This document shows positions 10,163 through 19,893 of a stretch of DNA of 32,000 nt, piece by piece. Where the stretch lies: contig CAZFUS010000008.1 in the NCBI GenBank assembly GCA_964522485.1, positions 15,042 through 47,041 of the forward strand, written 5' to 3'. A model generated the notes under the pieces. That model saw only the letters and a list, made by a program, of their open reading frames with translations, did no database searches and was not told the origin of the DNA. A program made the position numbers and the translations under genes. The stretch is from an uncultured Enterobacteriaceae bacterium. Its GTDB lineage: Bacteria; Pseudomonadota; Gammaproteobacteria; Methylohalomonadales; Methylohalomonadaceae. The first letter of the stretch is position 1; the number at the start of each line of letters is the position of its first letter.

Positions 10163-10199
10163 TTACTCCATAGGTGGTATTACAGATGTGCAATTGACA
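10163..10199 (+). promoter_or_regulatory. Composite upstream element facing soxB/mgdA (18-nt box + 6 nt + TGTGCAATTGAC, with TTGACA as a -35 candidate)
   Basis: The sequence is TTACTCCATAGGTGGTAT-TACAGA-TGTGCAATTGAC(A). A possible -10 AATCAT lies 17 nt downstream of TTGACA. The element sits about 165 nt upstream of ATG 10361. The same 12-mer recurs exactly at 15682-15693 and, in reverse complement, at 30585-30596. Confidence 0.6.
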
Positions 10200-10360
10200 T
10201 ATAACCACCCTGCTTTAATCATGGTCCTGCTCTGGATTAGCAAAACAGATGACATTTAAACTAGGTCAACCAATCCCGTTGAGTCAGATTTATTGATTTT
10301 CAGAACAACAATAATAAATTACGACATTCCTGAAATTACATTTTCCGAGGGAGTCTCTGT

Positions 10361-11602
10361 ATGCCTTTGGGTTTAATTAAATATGGGCTTTCCAAAAAAT
10401 ATCCTGCTCGACGGGACATACCGCCGAATAAGGACCTGAAGAATTCCTACGACGTAGTTATTATCGGCGCTGGCGGCCACGGCGCATCGATTGCATACCA
10501 TCTTGCCCGTTATCAGGGCATTACGAATGTTGCGGTTCTTGATAAAGGTTATCTGGGTGGTGGCAACACAGCACGGAATACAGCAGTCATTCGTTCCAAC
10601 TACATAACCCCGGACTCAGTCAACTTCTACAAGGAATCCGTTGAGTTATACAAACAGCTGTCGAATGAGCTGGGTTATAACATGCTTTATTCACAGCGTG
10701 GACAGCTGACCCTCGCACATTCTGATGCAAGCATGCGCACATTCAGATTACGCGCTGAAGTCAACAAGCATTGTGGCGTGCGCTCAGAAATGGTTGATCG
10801 GGATCAAATAAGAGAAATCGTCCCTTGCCTTAACCTTGACAGGCATGCTCGTTTCCCGATTATCGGTGGCCTGTGGCACCGGGACGGTGGCACTGCCCGT
10901 CACGACTCCGTTGCCTGGGGATACGCCATGCGTGCCTCACAGCTGGGCGTAGAATTCCATCAGCGAACCGAAGTAACAGGTATCCAGAAGGCCAATGGGC
11001 GGGTAACAGCAATCGACACCAATCGCGGCACTATCCACTGCAAGGATGCAGTACAAGCAGTTGCCGGAATGAGCAGTGTGATCGCCAGAATGGCCGGAAT
11101 AAGACTGCCGATCAGAACCTTTCCTCTACAGGCTATGGTAACGCAACCGCTGAAACCGTTCATCGACCCGCTGGTCAGTTCTGCTGCGTTGCATTGCTAT
11201 ATATCACAGACAGCCCGGGGCGAGATTGTTATTGGTGGAGGATCTGATCCTTATGACCTTTATTCGACACGCTCGACGCTCGAACTCAAGGAGGGCCTGA
11301 TTGCACATATGCTGGAAATGTTTCCGTTTATGAGCGAAGTAAAGCTGCTTCGGCAATGGGCGGGCATGACGGACATGACTCCGGACTACAGTCCGATCAT
11401 GGGAGAAAGCCCGTTACAAAATTACTGGCTGGATGCCGGATGGGGTACCTGGGGTTTCAAAGCCACCCCCGTAGCAGGCAAACGTATGGCTGAAACTGTA
11501 GCCACCGGCAGGGTGCCTGATCAAATCAAGCCATTCAGTCTCGCAAGATTTGCGACTTACCAATTATCTAACGAAGCCGGAGCTACGGCGGCGAGTCACT
11601 AA
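10361..11602 (+). CDS. soxB: Sarcosine oxidase beta-subunit family flavoprotein (heterotetrameric SoxBDAG type), in this context likely N-methylglutamate dehydrogenase subunit MgdA
   Basis: The 413-aa product has an N-terminal dinucleotide fold (YDVVIIGAGGHGASIAYHLA) and the motifs GGGNTARNTAVIRSNY and GGLWHRDGGTARHD, the last being the region of the covalent-FMN histidine in SoxB. A GAGGGAG SD lies upstream. It is followed by delta, alpha and gamma genes. Confidence 0.9.
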   Translation: MPLGLIKYGLSKKYPARRDIPPNKDLKNSYDVVIIGAGGHGASIAYHLARYQGITNVAVLDKGYLGGGNTARNTAVIRSNYITPDSVNFYKESVELYKQLSNELGYNMLYSQRGQLTLAHSDASMRTFRLRAEVNKHCGVRSEMVDRDQIREIVPCLNLDRHARFPIIGGLWHRDGGTARHDSVAWGYAMRASQLGVEFHQRTEVTGIQKANGRVTAIDTNRGTIHCKDAVQAVAGMSSVIARMAGIRLPIRTFPLQAMVTQPLKPFIDPLVSSAALHCYISQTARGEIVIGGGSDPYDLYSTRSTLELKEGLIAHMLEMFPFMSEVKLLRQWAGMTDMTPDYSPIMGESPLQNYWLDAGWGTWGFKATPVAGKRMAETVATGRVPDQIKPFSLARFATYQLSNEAGATAASH

Positions 11603-11620
11603 ACAGCAGGAGTTTTCTGC

Positions 11621-11920
11621 ATGAAGATTATGCATTGCCCACTGAATGGTCCACGCAATATATCGGAATTTGCATCAGGCGGAGAAGTTACTCAGATGCC
11701 GGAACCATCTGAAACTGACGATCAGGCCTGGGCCGAGTACATATGGATGCACAATAACACTGCGGGAGTTGTAACTGAATGGTGGTGCCATGTACCCACC
11801 TCTTACTGGTTCCTTGCCGAACGCAACACGGTTACTGACGAGATTCTTCGCACTTATCCCGCCAATGAGAGATACAGGGAACGCATAACCTTCGCAGCGG
11901 GTCCGGAGAAGAAAAAATGA
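11621..11920 (+). CDS. soxD: Sarcosine oxidase delta-subunit family protein (MgdB-like)
   Basis: The 99-aa product starts MKIMHCPLNGPRNISEF..., which resembles the zinc-ribbon-like SoxD N-terminus. An AGGAG SD lies 8 nt upstream. Its stop overlaps the next start as ATGA. Confidence 0.85.
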   Translation: MKIMHCPLNGPRNISEFASGGEVTQMPEPSETDDQAWAEYIWMHNNTAGVVTEWWCHVPTSYWFLAERNTVTDEILRTYPANERYRERITFAAGPEKKK

Positions 11921-14865
11921 ATGGTATTGACAATACCAGCTCTTCCGGTACCGAACGCGGGACCAACACGCAATCCCGCAATGGCCTGTTTATTGATTCT
12001 TCTAAAATTATTGAGTTTTATTTTGAAGGACGAAAATACCAGGGGCATGAAGGCGATACCATAGCCAGTGCTTTAGCGGCTAATGGTGTCTGGCTGCTGG
12101 CCCGATCATTTAAATATCACCGTCCCAGAGGAATACGTTCTCTTGCAGGACTTGAAGCCGATCCTCTGGTGCAGCTTGAATATGAGCCGAATGTTCAGGC
12201 AGACAGTTATCCAATCTCGTCCGGCATTGAAATATATGGACAAAATTACAGCGGCAGTCTCGAAAATGATCGGCTGGCCATTATGGGTCTGTTCAGCCGC
12301 TTTATGCCTGTCGGTTTCTATTACAAGGCATTCTTCCGCCCCAAAGGCATCTGGCAGAAATTCTGGGAACCCTTAGTCAGGCGCAGTGCCGGACTCGGCA
12401 AGGTCAATCTGAAAACGCCACACGGTTACTATGACAAAAGCTACAGCTTTTACGACGTAGTGGTTATAGGAGCAGGACCAGCCGGCCTGTCCTCTGCAAT
12501 TGCCGCCGCGCGGGCCGGAGCCGAGGTGTTGCTAATTGAACGGGAAAGGAAAATCGGCGGTTCGCTTAATTATTTTCGCTTTGATGTGAACAATAAAATG
12601 GCGGCTAAAATCCGCGACGAACTTCTCAGCGAGCTGGACAGCCTGCCGAATATCGAAGTAATGACCGAGGCCAATTGCAATGCATGGTATGCGGATAACT
12701 GGCTGCCGATCATCAAGGAAAACCGCCTTTACAAAACCCGTGCAAAGGAAGTCATCCTTGCCACCGGTTCCATGGAACAGCCTGCTGTATTCAGGAACAA
12801 TGATCTGCCCGGTATTATGCTGGGTTCCGGTGCGCAGCGCCTTTTGAACCTCTATGGCGTCAAACCGGGAAAACGGGCTGTAATTCTTACCTGCAATTCC
12901 CACGGTTATGGCGTTGCGCTCGATTTACATGATGCAGGCGTAGACGTTGCTGCCATTATTGATATGCGAGTTGATATAGCGGAAGACGAATTTACCGAAG
13001 CGGCCAGAAGCAGCGGCATCAGAATTGAGAAGAACTCGACCGTCAGTGAAGCAATTCCAATATCCAGAAACAAACATATCAAGGGCGTCCGCGTAGCGCC
13101 CATTACCGGTCAGGGTAAATATGGTCAAAACAGCAGCGAAATTGACTGCGATCTCCTGTGCATGAGTATCGGCTATACACCGGCTTACCAGTTAGCCCTG
13201 CAGGCCGGAGGACAGCTCGAATACGATGATGCTAACGCTATTTTCGAGATTACCGGCACGCCAGCTCATCTTCGGCTGGCAGGTTCAACAGATGGGATTT
13301 ACGAGCTGAACGCTGTCAGGATCAGTGGCCAGCATGCCGGATGGCAGGCTGCAACCGCTTTAGCCCTTGAAGCCGGCGACGAACCCCGACTGCCGGCTGA
13401 AAAGGGGCAACAGGGCATCAATCATCCATGGCCGATATTTCCCCATCCCAAGGGCAAGGAATTTGTGGATCTGGATGAAGATCTTCATTACGCCGATATC
13501 GTGAACGCCTGTGCAGACGGATATGCAGAGCTCGAACTGGTCAAGCGCTATTCCACGGTTGGCATGGGTCCGTCCCAGGGTCGTCATTCCGCCCTGAGCA
13601 CGGCCAGAATTGTAGCCATGGCAACCAACAGAAGTGTTTCTGAAACCGGCGTTACTACTGCACGCCCGCCCCTCGCTGCTGAGAAGCTCGGTGTACTGGC
13701 GGGCAGGTCTTTTGAACCTGAGCGATTAACGGCAATACATCACCGGCATATGGAATCCGACGCTACCATGATGAATGTTGGTTTATGGTGGCGCCCGGCC
13801 TATTACGGTAGCAGCCAGCACAAGGCAGACTGCATTCAAAATGAAGTCCTGACCATCCGCAATAATGTCGGACTGATTGATGTTTCCACCCTGGGCAAAA
13901 TCAGGATTCGTGGCAGCGATGCTGCCGAGTTCCTCAACCGTATGTACACATTCGCTTATTTAAAGCAGCCGATCGGACGCGCCCGCTACTTATTGATGAC
14001 AAATGAGGCAGGCACAATAACGGATGACGGTGTGGCCGTACGCCTGTCAGATGACAGCTTTTATATAACGGCAACCACTGGCGGTGTTGATAACGTCTAC
14101 CGGGCCATGCTCTGGTGGAATGCCCAGTGGCGCCTTGATGTTGATATAACCAATGTGACAGCGGCCTATGCAGGCGTCAATATTGCCGGCCCCGGCTCCC
14201 GTGAGGTTCTGGAGAAGCTCTGTCCTGACATCGACTTATCAGCGCAGGCCTTTCCCGCCAATGAAGCGCGAACCGGCACGGTAGCTGACATACCTGCATA
14301 TCTTATACGCGTGGCCTTTGTTGGTGAGCTTGGCTATGAAATTCATGTACATGCCTCACAGGGGGAGGCACTCTGGGATAACCTGCTGGAGGCTGGCAAG
14401 TCACACGATATCAAGCCTGTCGGCATTGAAGCGCAGCGAAATCTGAGGATGGAGAAAGGCCATATTATTGTCGGCCAGGACACCGATGCCATGACTTATC
14501 CCGAGGAATGCGGCATGGGCTGGGCTGTAAAGTTCGATAAGCCTTTTTTTGTTGGAAAACGCTCACTTGAAATCCGCGCCAGATATCCCTCAAAACGCAA
14601 GCTGGTCGGCTTTGAAATCAAAGACAAGTCGATCGATATGCCGGAGGAATCAAACATTGTACTTCATGGCAATACCATTACGGGTCATGTGACATCAGTT
14701 GCCCGCTCTCCAGTACTGGATAAAGTCATCGGTATGGCCTATGCCAGATCAGACACAGAACCAGGTGACACTATTACCATAAAACTGACCAATGGCCAGA
14801 TAATTAATGCCGGTGTCGTCTCTATGCCCTTTTACGATCCGGAAAACAAACGCCAGGAGATGTAA
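11917..14865 (+). CDS. soxA: Sarcosine oxidase alpha-subunit family protein (MgdC-like) with a folate-binding GcvT-like C-terminal half
   Basis: The 982-aa product carries GDTIASALAANGVWLLARSFKYHRPRGI, a dinucleotide motif [14 protein letters not shown], and a C-terminal aminomethyltransferase-like region (LIDVSTLGKIRIRGSDAAEFLNRMY...). Confidence 0.9.
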   Translation: MNGIDNTSSSGTERGTNTQSRNGLFIDSSKIIEFYFEGRKYQGHEGDTIASALAANGVWLLARSFKYHRPRGIRSLAGLEADPLVQLEYEPNVQADSYPISSGIEIYGQNYSGSLENDRLAIMGLFSRFMPVGFYYKAFFRPKGIWQKFWEPLVRRSAGLGKVNLKTPHGYYDKSYSFYDVVVIGAGPAGLSSAIAAARAGAEVLLIERERKIGGSLNYFRFDVNNKMAAKIRDELLSELDSLPNIEVMTEANCNAWYADNWLPIIKENRLYKTRAKEVILATGSMEQPAVFRNNDLPGIMLGSGAQRLLNLYGVKPGKRAVILTCNSHGYGVALDLHDAGVDVAAIIDMRVDIAEDEFTEAARSSGIRIEKNSTVSEAIPISRNKHIKGVRVAPITGQGKYGQNSSEIDCDLLCMSIGYTPAYQLALQAGGQLEYDDANAIFEITGTPAHLRLAGSTDGIYELNAVRISGQHAGWQAATALALEAGDEPRLPAEKGQQGINHPWPIFPHPKGKEFVDLDEDLHYADIVNACADGYAELELVKRYSTVGMGPSQGRHSALSTARIVAMATNRSVSETGVTTARPPLAAEKLGVLAGRSFEPERLTAIHHRHMESDATMMNVGLWWRPAYYGSSQHKADCIQNEVLTIRNNVGLIDVSTLGKIRIRGSDAAEFLNRMYTFAYLKQPIGRARYLLMTNEAGTITDDGVAVRLSDDSFYITATTGGVDNVYRAMLWWNAQWRLDVDITNVTAAYAGVNIAGPGSREVLEKLCPDIDLSAQAFPANEARTGTVADIPAYLIRVAFVGELGYEIHVHASQGEALWDNLLEAGKSHDIKPVGIEAQRNLRMEKGHIIVGQDTDAMTYPEECGMGWAVKFDKPFFVGKRSLEIRARYPSKRKLVGFEIKDKSIDMPEESNIVLHGNTITGHVTSVARSPVLDKVIGMAYARSDTEPGDTITIKLTNGQIINAGVVSMPFYDPENKRQEM

Positions 14866-14869
14866 GCGC

Positions 14870-15583
14870 ATGTCGGAGAATCTTGCACAGCCCGCTGATT
14901 TCAAAGTCCGCAGTTTTCATTACCGAACACTGCTGGCCGACGGTGCCCACTTTACTGAATTTTCCGGTTGCGCAATAGCGTCCGGCTACGGAGCCTCCAT
15001 TGAAGAAGAGTCCGCCCAGGCCAGGGAACTCGGTCTTGCTGATCTGTCACCACTGCCAAGAACCGGTTTCAAAGGCCGCCGGGCACTTGAATGGCTGAAA
15101 CAGGCAGACCTGCAGATGGGTGATGACAACAACTTCTCATGGCTTCAGGACAGTGGTTCCATAGTAGCCAGACTTGCCAATACAGAAGCACTCATTTTGA
15201 GTGATCTGGCTAACAATTCAGGCATTTGTGCCCAGCTTGATAACAGAGTGACCAAAGAAAAACCCGAATCCTGTTATCACGTTCCCCGGCGTGAATCATC
15301 TGCATGGTTTCTGGTTACCGGCACCTGTGCAGACATCATGTTTGCAAAAATATGCGGCGTTGACATGAGAAGAACCAAATTCCCCTCCGGCAGGGTTGCC
15401 CAGACTTCCATGGCGCGCATGAATGTCATCAGTATACGGAGCGATTTGGGAGACGTGCCCGCCTATCATCTTATTTTTGACAGTGCCTCGGCTGATTATC
15501 TGTGGCGAATGCTAAAAGATGCCATGACCGAATTTGGCGGCAAACCGGTTGGTTATGATGCGATAGCCGACATAATACGGTAA
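14870..15583 (+). CDS. soxG: Sarcosine oxidase gamma-subunit family protein (MgdD-like)
   Basis: The 237-aa product starts at ATG 14870 (MSENLAQPADFK...), 4 nt after the soxA stop, with an AGGAGA SD. Position and size fit SoxG. The ORF-track start at 14807 would overlap soxA by 59 nt. Confidence 0.8.
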   Translation: MSENLAQPADFKVRSFHYRTLLADGAHFTEFSGCAIASGYGASIEEESAQARELGLADLSPLPRTGFKGRRALEWLKQADLQMGDDNNFSWLQDSGSIVARLANTEALILSDLANNSGICAQLDNRVTKEKPESCYHVPRRESSAWFLVTGTCADIMFAKICGVDMRRTKFPSGRVAQTSMARMNVISIRSDLGDVPAYHLIFDSASADYLWRMLKDAMTEFGGKPVGYDAIADIIR

Positions 15584-15671
15584 GGGTGACGTCCAGCCTG
15601 CGTGTGACAATATCAAGCCGATAAGTCACTGCAACACTAATATATTAAATATCCGGACTACCTCTTACGTG

Positions 15672-15694
15672 ATACTCATCATGTGCAATTGACC
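15672..15694 (+). promoter_or_regulatory. Truncated copy of the shared upstream element in front of the ABC transporter
   Basis: The sequence is ATACTCA-TCA-TGTGCAATTGAC(C). The 12-mer is exact and TTGACC is the -35 candidate. GATTAT lies 17 nt downstream as a -10 candidate. The element is about 175 nt upstream of ATG 15865. The central ATAGGnGGTAT part of the box is missing. Confidence 0.55.
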
Positions 15695-15864
15695 ACCACG
15701 AAGAGTCACACGATTATTCATTACATAATCATGGCTTTAGTTTAACGGTGGGAAGTGGTAGCGATCATGCCTGCCTGGACATCGTGATCATTTCCCTGAA
15801 AGTCACAGGGGTTTACATGGACGTACACAAAGCCGCCTGAAAATATCTTCACAGGAGGATGATC

Positions 15865-17133
15865 ATGGGCATTACTCGACGTGATTTGATTAAGGCAACG
15901 GCCTCAGGCGTTGTTTTAAGCGGTATCGGCTTACCTTTCTCGACTCTCAGGGCCGAGTCAAAAACGGTCAAGATCGGTTTTCTGGCACCGTTGACCGGCG
16001 AAGTCTCTGCATGGGGCTTGCCGGGTCTTTACGGCGCAGAAATCTGGGCCGAAAAGATCAACAAGACCGGTGGCATCAACGTTGGGGGCGAAAACTACAT
16101 GGTGGAGATCGTCTCCTTCGATAATGAATATGCTCCCGAAAAGGCGCTGCAGGGATATCGGCGTCTCGTGTCGGAGGACGACGTCAAGCTCATCATGATG
16201 CTCGGTGGCGATACCTGGCCGGCAGTACAGAGGTTCGCCAACCGTTCCAAGATGCTGACCTCGACGCTGTTGCCAAGCGATCTTTCTCCCGACACTCCCT
16301 ATCTGATTGCGCCCTGCGAGGTGCATCCCATCTATAATGTGACCGGTGTCGAATGGATGGCCGAACAATTCGGTGATCTCAAGAAAGTTGTCATCACTGC
16401 ACAGAACGATTCCCTCGGCCTGCCCTCGGTGGCAACCTACAAGGCCGCGTTCGAGGCCGCCGGTCTGGAAGTGGTCGGCCAGAACCTGTTCGATCCCGCC
16501 ACCACCGACTTCGCGGCAGTCACGGGATCACTGCTGGCCAACAACCCCGATGTCGTCTGCCTGGACACCTGCTACGCCGACTACGTCAACCTGCTGTGCG
16601 AACAGCTCTACCAAAAGCGGTTCAAGGGCAAGATCATTTCCTGCACGCTGGACACCTATCCGAAGATCATCGAGAAGACCAGCCAGGAATGGCTGGACGG
16701 CACGATCTTCCAGTTCCCGGATTTCGACGATCCGATGATGGAAAAGGACTTCATCAACTTCCCGAATCCTAAAGAGTTCCAGGAAGCCTATGACGCCCGG
16801 CATCCGGGCACCTGGACCGCTGTGTCCTGGGAATATGCTTCCATCATGGACCTGTGGAAGACCGCCGCCGAGGAGGCCGGCAGCGTCGAACCCATGGACG
16901 TGCTGGAACAGATGAAGGCCGGCGGCACGGCCCCGCATGCGTTCGGCGATGCCAAATGGTGGGGCGAGGAACTCTGGGGCATCAACAACGCCCTGGTGGG
17001 CAACTGGCCGGTGGTCGCACTGGATGGCGGCAAGGCCCGTATTCAGGCCTTCAAGAGCATCCCCGAATGGTGGGGCAAGCATGGCGACCTGCTGCTCAAG
17101 CACATGAAGGAGATGGACCTTCTGAGAACCTGA
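15865..17133 (+). CDS. ABC transporter periplasmic substrate-binding protein (Liv/HAAT, type I PBP) with a twin-arginine signal peptide
   Basis: The N-terminus MGITRRDLIKATASGVVLSGIGLPFSTLRA carries a Tat motif. VKIGFLAPLTGEVSAWGLPG... is typical of LivJ/K-like binding proteins. An AGGAGG SD lies 6 nt before ATG 15865. The ORF-track ATG 15859 directly abuts that SD. Confidence 0.85.
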   Translation: MGITRRDLIKATASGVVLSGIGLPFSTLRAESKTVKIGFLAPLTGEVSAWGLPGLYGAEIWAEKINKTGGINVGGENYMVEIVSFDNEYAPEKALQGYRRLVSEDDVKLIMMLGGDTWPAVQRFANRSKMLTSTLLPSDLSPDTPYLIAPCEVHPIYNVTGVEWMAEQFGDLKKVVITAQNDSLGLPSVATYKAAFEAAGLEVVGQNLFDPATTDFAAVTGSLLANNPDVVCLDTCYADYVNLLCEQLYQKRFKGKIISCTLDTYPKIIEKTSQEWLDGTIFQFPDFDDPMMEKDFINFPNPKEFQEAYDARHPGTWTAVSWEYASIMDLWKTAAEEAGSVEPMDVLEQMKAGGTAPHAFGDAKWWGEELWGINNALVGNWPVVALDGGKARIQAFKSIPEWWGKHGDLLLKHMKEMDLLRT

Positions 17134-17168
17134 CGCCAGCCACGTCTTTATCACTAATATGTGCTACG

Positions 17169-17197
17169 GGAGCCCGGACAACCTTTGTTCGGGCTCC
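17169..17197 (+). other. Intercistronic hairpin after the binding-protein gene
   Basis: GGAGCCCG (17169-17176) pairs with CGGGCTCC (17190-17197) around a 13-nt loop, with no T tract. This resembles the RNA-stabilising hairpins often found after ABC binding-protein cistrons. Confidence 0.4.
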
Positions 17198-17223
17198 TCA
17201 GCTCAAGTCTCAGGGGAACAGGA

Positions 17224-18093
17224 TTGGAACTTGTCATCCAGACTATTGTAAATGCAATAGTACAGAGTGGATTTTTTGCACTGACTGCTGTCGGTCTGGT
17301 TCTGATCTTCGGTGTGCTCGGCATTATCAATTTCGCCCACGGCGAGTTTTACATGGCCGGAGCTTTTACCGTCTGGTACCTGTACTCGATCCTGGGATGG
17401 CCGTTTCCGATCGCGGTCACATGCGCATTCCTGCTGGTCATGACGATCGGTATCGTCATGGAACGATTGCTGTTCCGGCCCATGCGTGACAATCCGCTCG
17501 GCGGCCTGATCATGTCGATCGGCGCCCTGTTCATACTCCAGGTCCTCGCGGTCAAGATCGGCGGTGTAGGCCTGATGAAACACGTGCCCGCCCCCTATCG
17601 CGGTACACTGAACATCTACGGCGATGTAGTAGTTGCAAATCAGAAGCTGGTGGCCCTTATCGTGGCGGCCGCACTGCTGTCATTCATCTGGTATTTCCTG
17701 ACCTACACGAGGCTTGGCTGGGCGCTGCGCGCAGTTGCCCAGGACCATGAGGCCGCTTCCTTGCAAGGCATCAGCATCAACAGGATTTCCATGATTGCCG
17801 TCGGTCTCGGCGCTGGCCTGGCCGGTGTCGCCGGCGGCCTGATAGCGCCGATGGCCCGCGTCGAACCCTACATGGGTCATCACGCCATAATCACTGCTTT
17901 CATCGTGACCATCGTCGGCGGACTCGGTAGCCTGAGCGGCGCCGTACTGGCCGCGATCCTGTATGCGTTCTTCCATACCTTTGTCACGACCTATTACGGC
18001 GGCACAATCGCAACCATGCTCGGTCTTTTGATCATGCTGCTTGTCCTGATCATCAAGCCAACCGGACTGATGGGTACACGGGTCAACGAGTAA
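17224..18093 (+). CDS. Branched-chain-amino-acid-type ABC transporter permease (LivH-like)
   Basis: The hydrophobic product begins ELVIQTIVNAIVQSGFFALTAVGLVLIFGVLG, matching the usual LivH N-terminus. I favour TTG 17224, which has AGGGGA 7 nt upstream. The ORF-track GTG 17161 would make the 17169-17197 hairpin coding. Confidence 0.8.
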   Translation: MELVIQTIVNAIVQSGFFALTAVGLVLIFGVLGIINFAHGEFYMAGAFTVWYLYSILGWPFPIAVTCAFLLVMTIGIVMERLLFRPMRDNPLGGLIMSIGALFILQVLAVKIGGVGLMKHVPAPYRGTLNIYGDVVVANQKLVALIVAAALLSFIWYFLTYTRLGWALRAVAQDHEAASLQGISINRISMIAVGLGAGLAGVAGGLIAPMARVEPYMGHHAIITAFIVTIVGGLGSLSGAVLAAILYAFFHTFVTTYYGGTIATMLGLLIMLLVLIIKPTGLMGTRVNE

Positions 18094-18098
18094 GAACA

Positions 18099-19085
18099 AT
18101 GAATACGCGTATCAAAACCATCATCGGCCTGTTCATACTGTTCGGGGTGCTGTCCGCGCTTCCGTTCGGACTCAAGCTCTGGCAGCAGGATTTCATGATC
18201 TTCCTGCTCATCAATATTCTCGTCGCCGTCAGCTACCGCCTGATGACCCTGACGGGGGAATGGTCGCTCATTCACGCGGTGCTCTGGGGCGCCGGCGGCT
18301 ACGGCAGCGCACTGCTTATGAAGGAATGGGGCTGGTCGTTCTGGATCGCCATGCCGGCCGCCGGTCTGATCACCGCCTCGATCGCCCTGATCCTGAGTTT
18401 TCCGCTGTTCCGCATGAAGGGATTCTTCTTTCTTATCGGATCATTCGCCATCGGCGAGGCCATCCGCCTGAGCTGGAACTATTTCCAGGTGCCGTTCGGC
18501 GGCCCCCGGGGACTGCAGTTGATCCCGTCGCCGGAACTCTGGATCCCGGGCGCCGGCATTATCGAGATATGGAATCCCGTGCATTATTACTTTATGACCC
18601 TGATCATTGTGTCGCTCTGCCTGTTGATACTGTACCGGCTGGAGCATTCCAGGATCGGCATGACGCTGAACGCCATTCATTGGCGTGATTCACTGGCGGA
18701 ATCCGTCGGCGTCAACACCTTCCGGTACAAGACGGTGGCATTCATGATTGCGTCATTTTTTGTCGGTATCGCCGGCAGTCTGTTCGCCCATTACCTGGGA
18801 TCGCTGAATCCGCATCAGTTCGAGGTCTCGGCCATGGTCTTCATCCTTGTCTGGGTAATCGTCGGCGGCACGAATACCTTTGCCGGGCCCATCATCGGCG
18901 TAACCGTGCTGTCCGTACTCAATGAATTCTTCCGTCAGGCCGAAGAATGGCGGCCGCTGATTTACGGCGTCATCCTGATCCTCAGCATACGTTTCATGCC
19001 GGATGGTATCGACAGCCTGCCGGGACGCATCCGACAGTATCTGGCCCGGCGGCGGGAAGGCAGCGGACAAGCAGTCAATGCCTGA
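18099..19085 (+). CDS. Branched-chain-amino-acid-type ABC transporter permease (LivM-like)
   Basis: The 328-aa polytopic membrane protein starts 5 nt after the LivH-like stop. Confidence 0.85.
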   Translation: MNTRIKTIIGLFILFGVLSALPFGLKLWQQDFMIFLLINILVAVSYRLMTLTGEWSLIHAVLWGAGGYGSALLMKEWGWSFWIAMPAAGLITASIALILSFPLFRMKGFFFLIGSFAIGEAIRLSWNYFQVPFGGPRGLQLIPSPELWIPGAGIIEIWNPVHYYFMTLIIVSLCLLILYRLEHSRIGMTLNAIHWRDSLAESVGVNTFRYKTVAFMIASFFVGIAGSLFAHYLGSLNPHQFEVSAMVFILVWVIVGGTNTFAGPIIGVTVLSVLNEFFRQAEEWRPLIYGVILILSIRFMPDGIDSLPGRIRQYLARRREGSGQAVNA

Positions 19086-19112
19086 AGATTCCCGGCCTGT
19101 GGCTGAATCTTC
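19083..19112 (+). other. Intercistronic hairpin between the permease and ATPase genes
   Basis: TGAAGATTC (19083-19091) pairs with GAATCTTCA (19104-19112), giving a 9-bp stem and a 12-nt loop. The hairpin overlaps the LivM-like stop codon. Confidence 0.35.
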
Positions 19113-19139
19113 AGGCCTCTTCCGCATGGAGTAAGGAAC

Positions 19140-19892
19140 GTGACAGTACTGGAGATCCATAACGTAACCAAGCAATTCGGCGGTCTGGTTGCGCTGAACG
19201 ATGTATCCTTTCGGGTCGAAGAGGGTGAGATTCGCGGCCTGATCGGCCCGAACGGCGCCGGCAAGAGCACGATGTTCAAGAACATCGCCGGCTTTTACCG
19301 TCCCACCCATGGAAAAATACTATTCCAAAGTCAGGATATCAGCGGCTGCAAGCCCCATAGCATTGCCCGCATGGGTGTCGTGCGCACCTTTCAGGAAACC
19401 ACCCTGTTCAAGGAAATGACCGTTTTCGAGAACGTGCTGGTGGGATGCCATCTGCAGGCCGAGAGCGGGCTATTCGCCGCCATCTTCAATACCGATCGTG
19501 AGAGGCAGCGCGCCGCCGAGGAGAAATCGCTCGAAGTGCTGGAATTCCTGGGTCTGTCAGAGCGCAAGAACGACCTGGCTTCGAGTCTGCCACTGGGTTC
19601 TCAACGCGCCCTGGCGGTGGCTATCGCCCTCGCCTCCTCGCCCAGGCTCCTGCTGCTCGACGAACCGTTCGCCGGCATGAGCCAGGAGGAAAGACACATC
19701 CTGATGGATCTGCTCCGGAAAATACAACAATCCGGCGTGACCATGATCCTGGTGGAGCACGACATGTCGGCCGTCATGGGCGTGTGCGGCTTCCTGACCG
19801 TGCTGAACTTTGGCAGTCTGCTGGCCGAGGGCACGCCGGACGAAGTCCGCAAGAACGAAAGAGTCATCGAAGCATACCTGGGTTCCACTTGA
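19140..19892 (+). CDS. ABC transporter ATP-binding protein (LivG-like)
   Basis: The product has Walker [10 protein letters not shown], the signature LPLGSQRAL, and Walker B LLLLDEP. It uses a GTG start with AAGGAA upstream. Confidence 0.9.
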   Translation: MTVLEIHNVTKQFGGLVALNDVSFRVEEGEIRGLIGPNGAGKSTMFKNIAGFYRPTHGKILFQSQDISGCKPHSIARMGVVRTFQETTLFKEMTVFENVLVGCHLQAESGLFAAIFNTDRERQRAAEEKSLEVLEFLGLSERKNDLASSLPLGSQRALAVAIALASSPRLLLLDEPFAGMSQEERHILMDLLRKIQQSGVTMILVEHDMSAVMGVCGFLTVLNFGSLLAEGTPDEVRKNERVIEAYLGST

Positions 19893-19893
19893 C

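Noticed and set aside
10200-10360. A possible glycine or THF riboswitch in the ~165-nt leader of soxB, and in the similar leaders at 15695-15864 and 30451-30584
   Set aside because: I found no recognisable conserved cores (for example the GGAGAG...CACCG glycine-aptamer elements) and no shared structure among the three leaders. Only a 9-nt TAATCATGG is common to two of them, at different distances.
10361-15583. Annotating soxBDAG as a genuine sarcosine oxidase
   Set aside because: The family assignment is secure. However, the adjacent gmaS-mgsABC operon and the shared upstream element make N-methylglutamate dehydrogenase the more likely physiological role. I keep the family-level sox symbols but do not assert sarcosine as the substrate.
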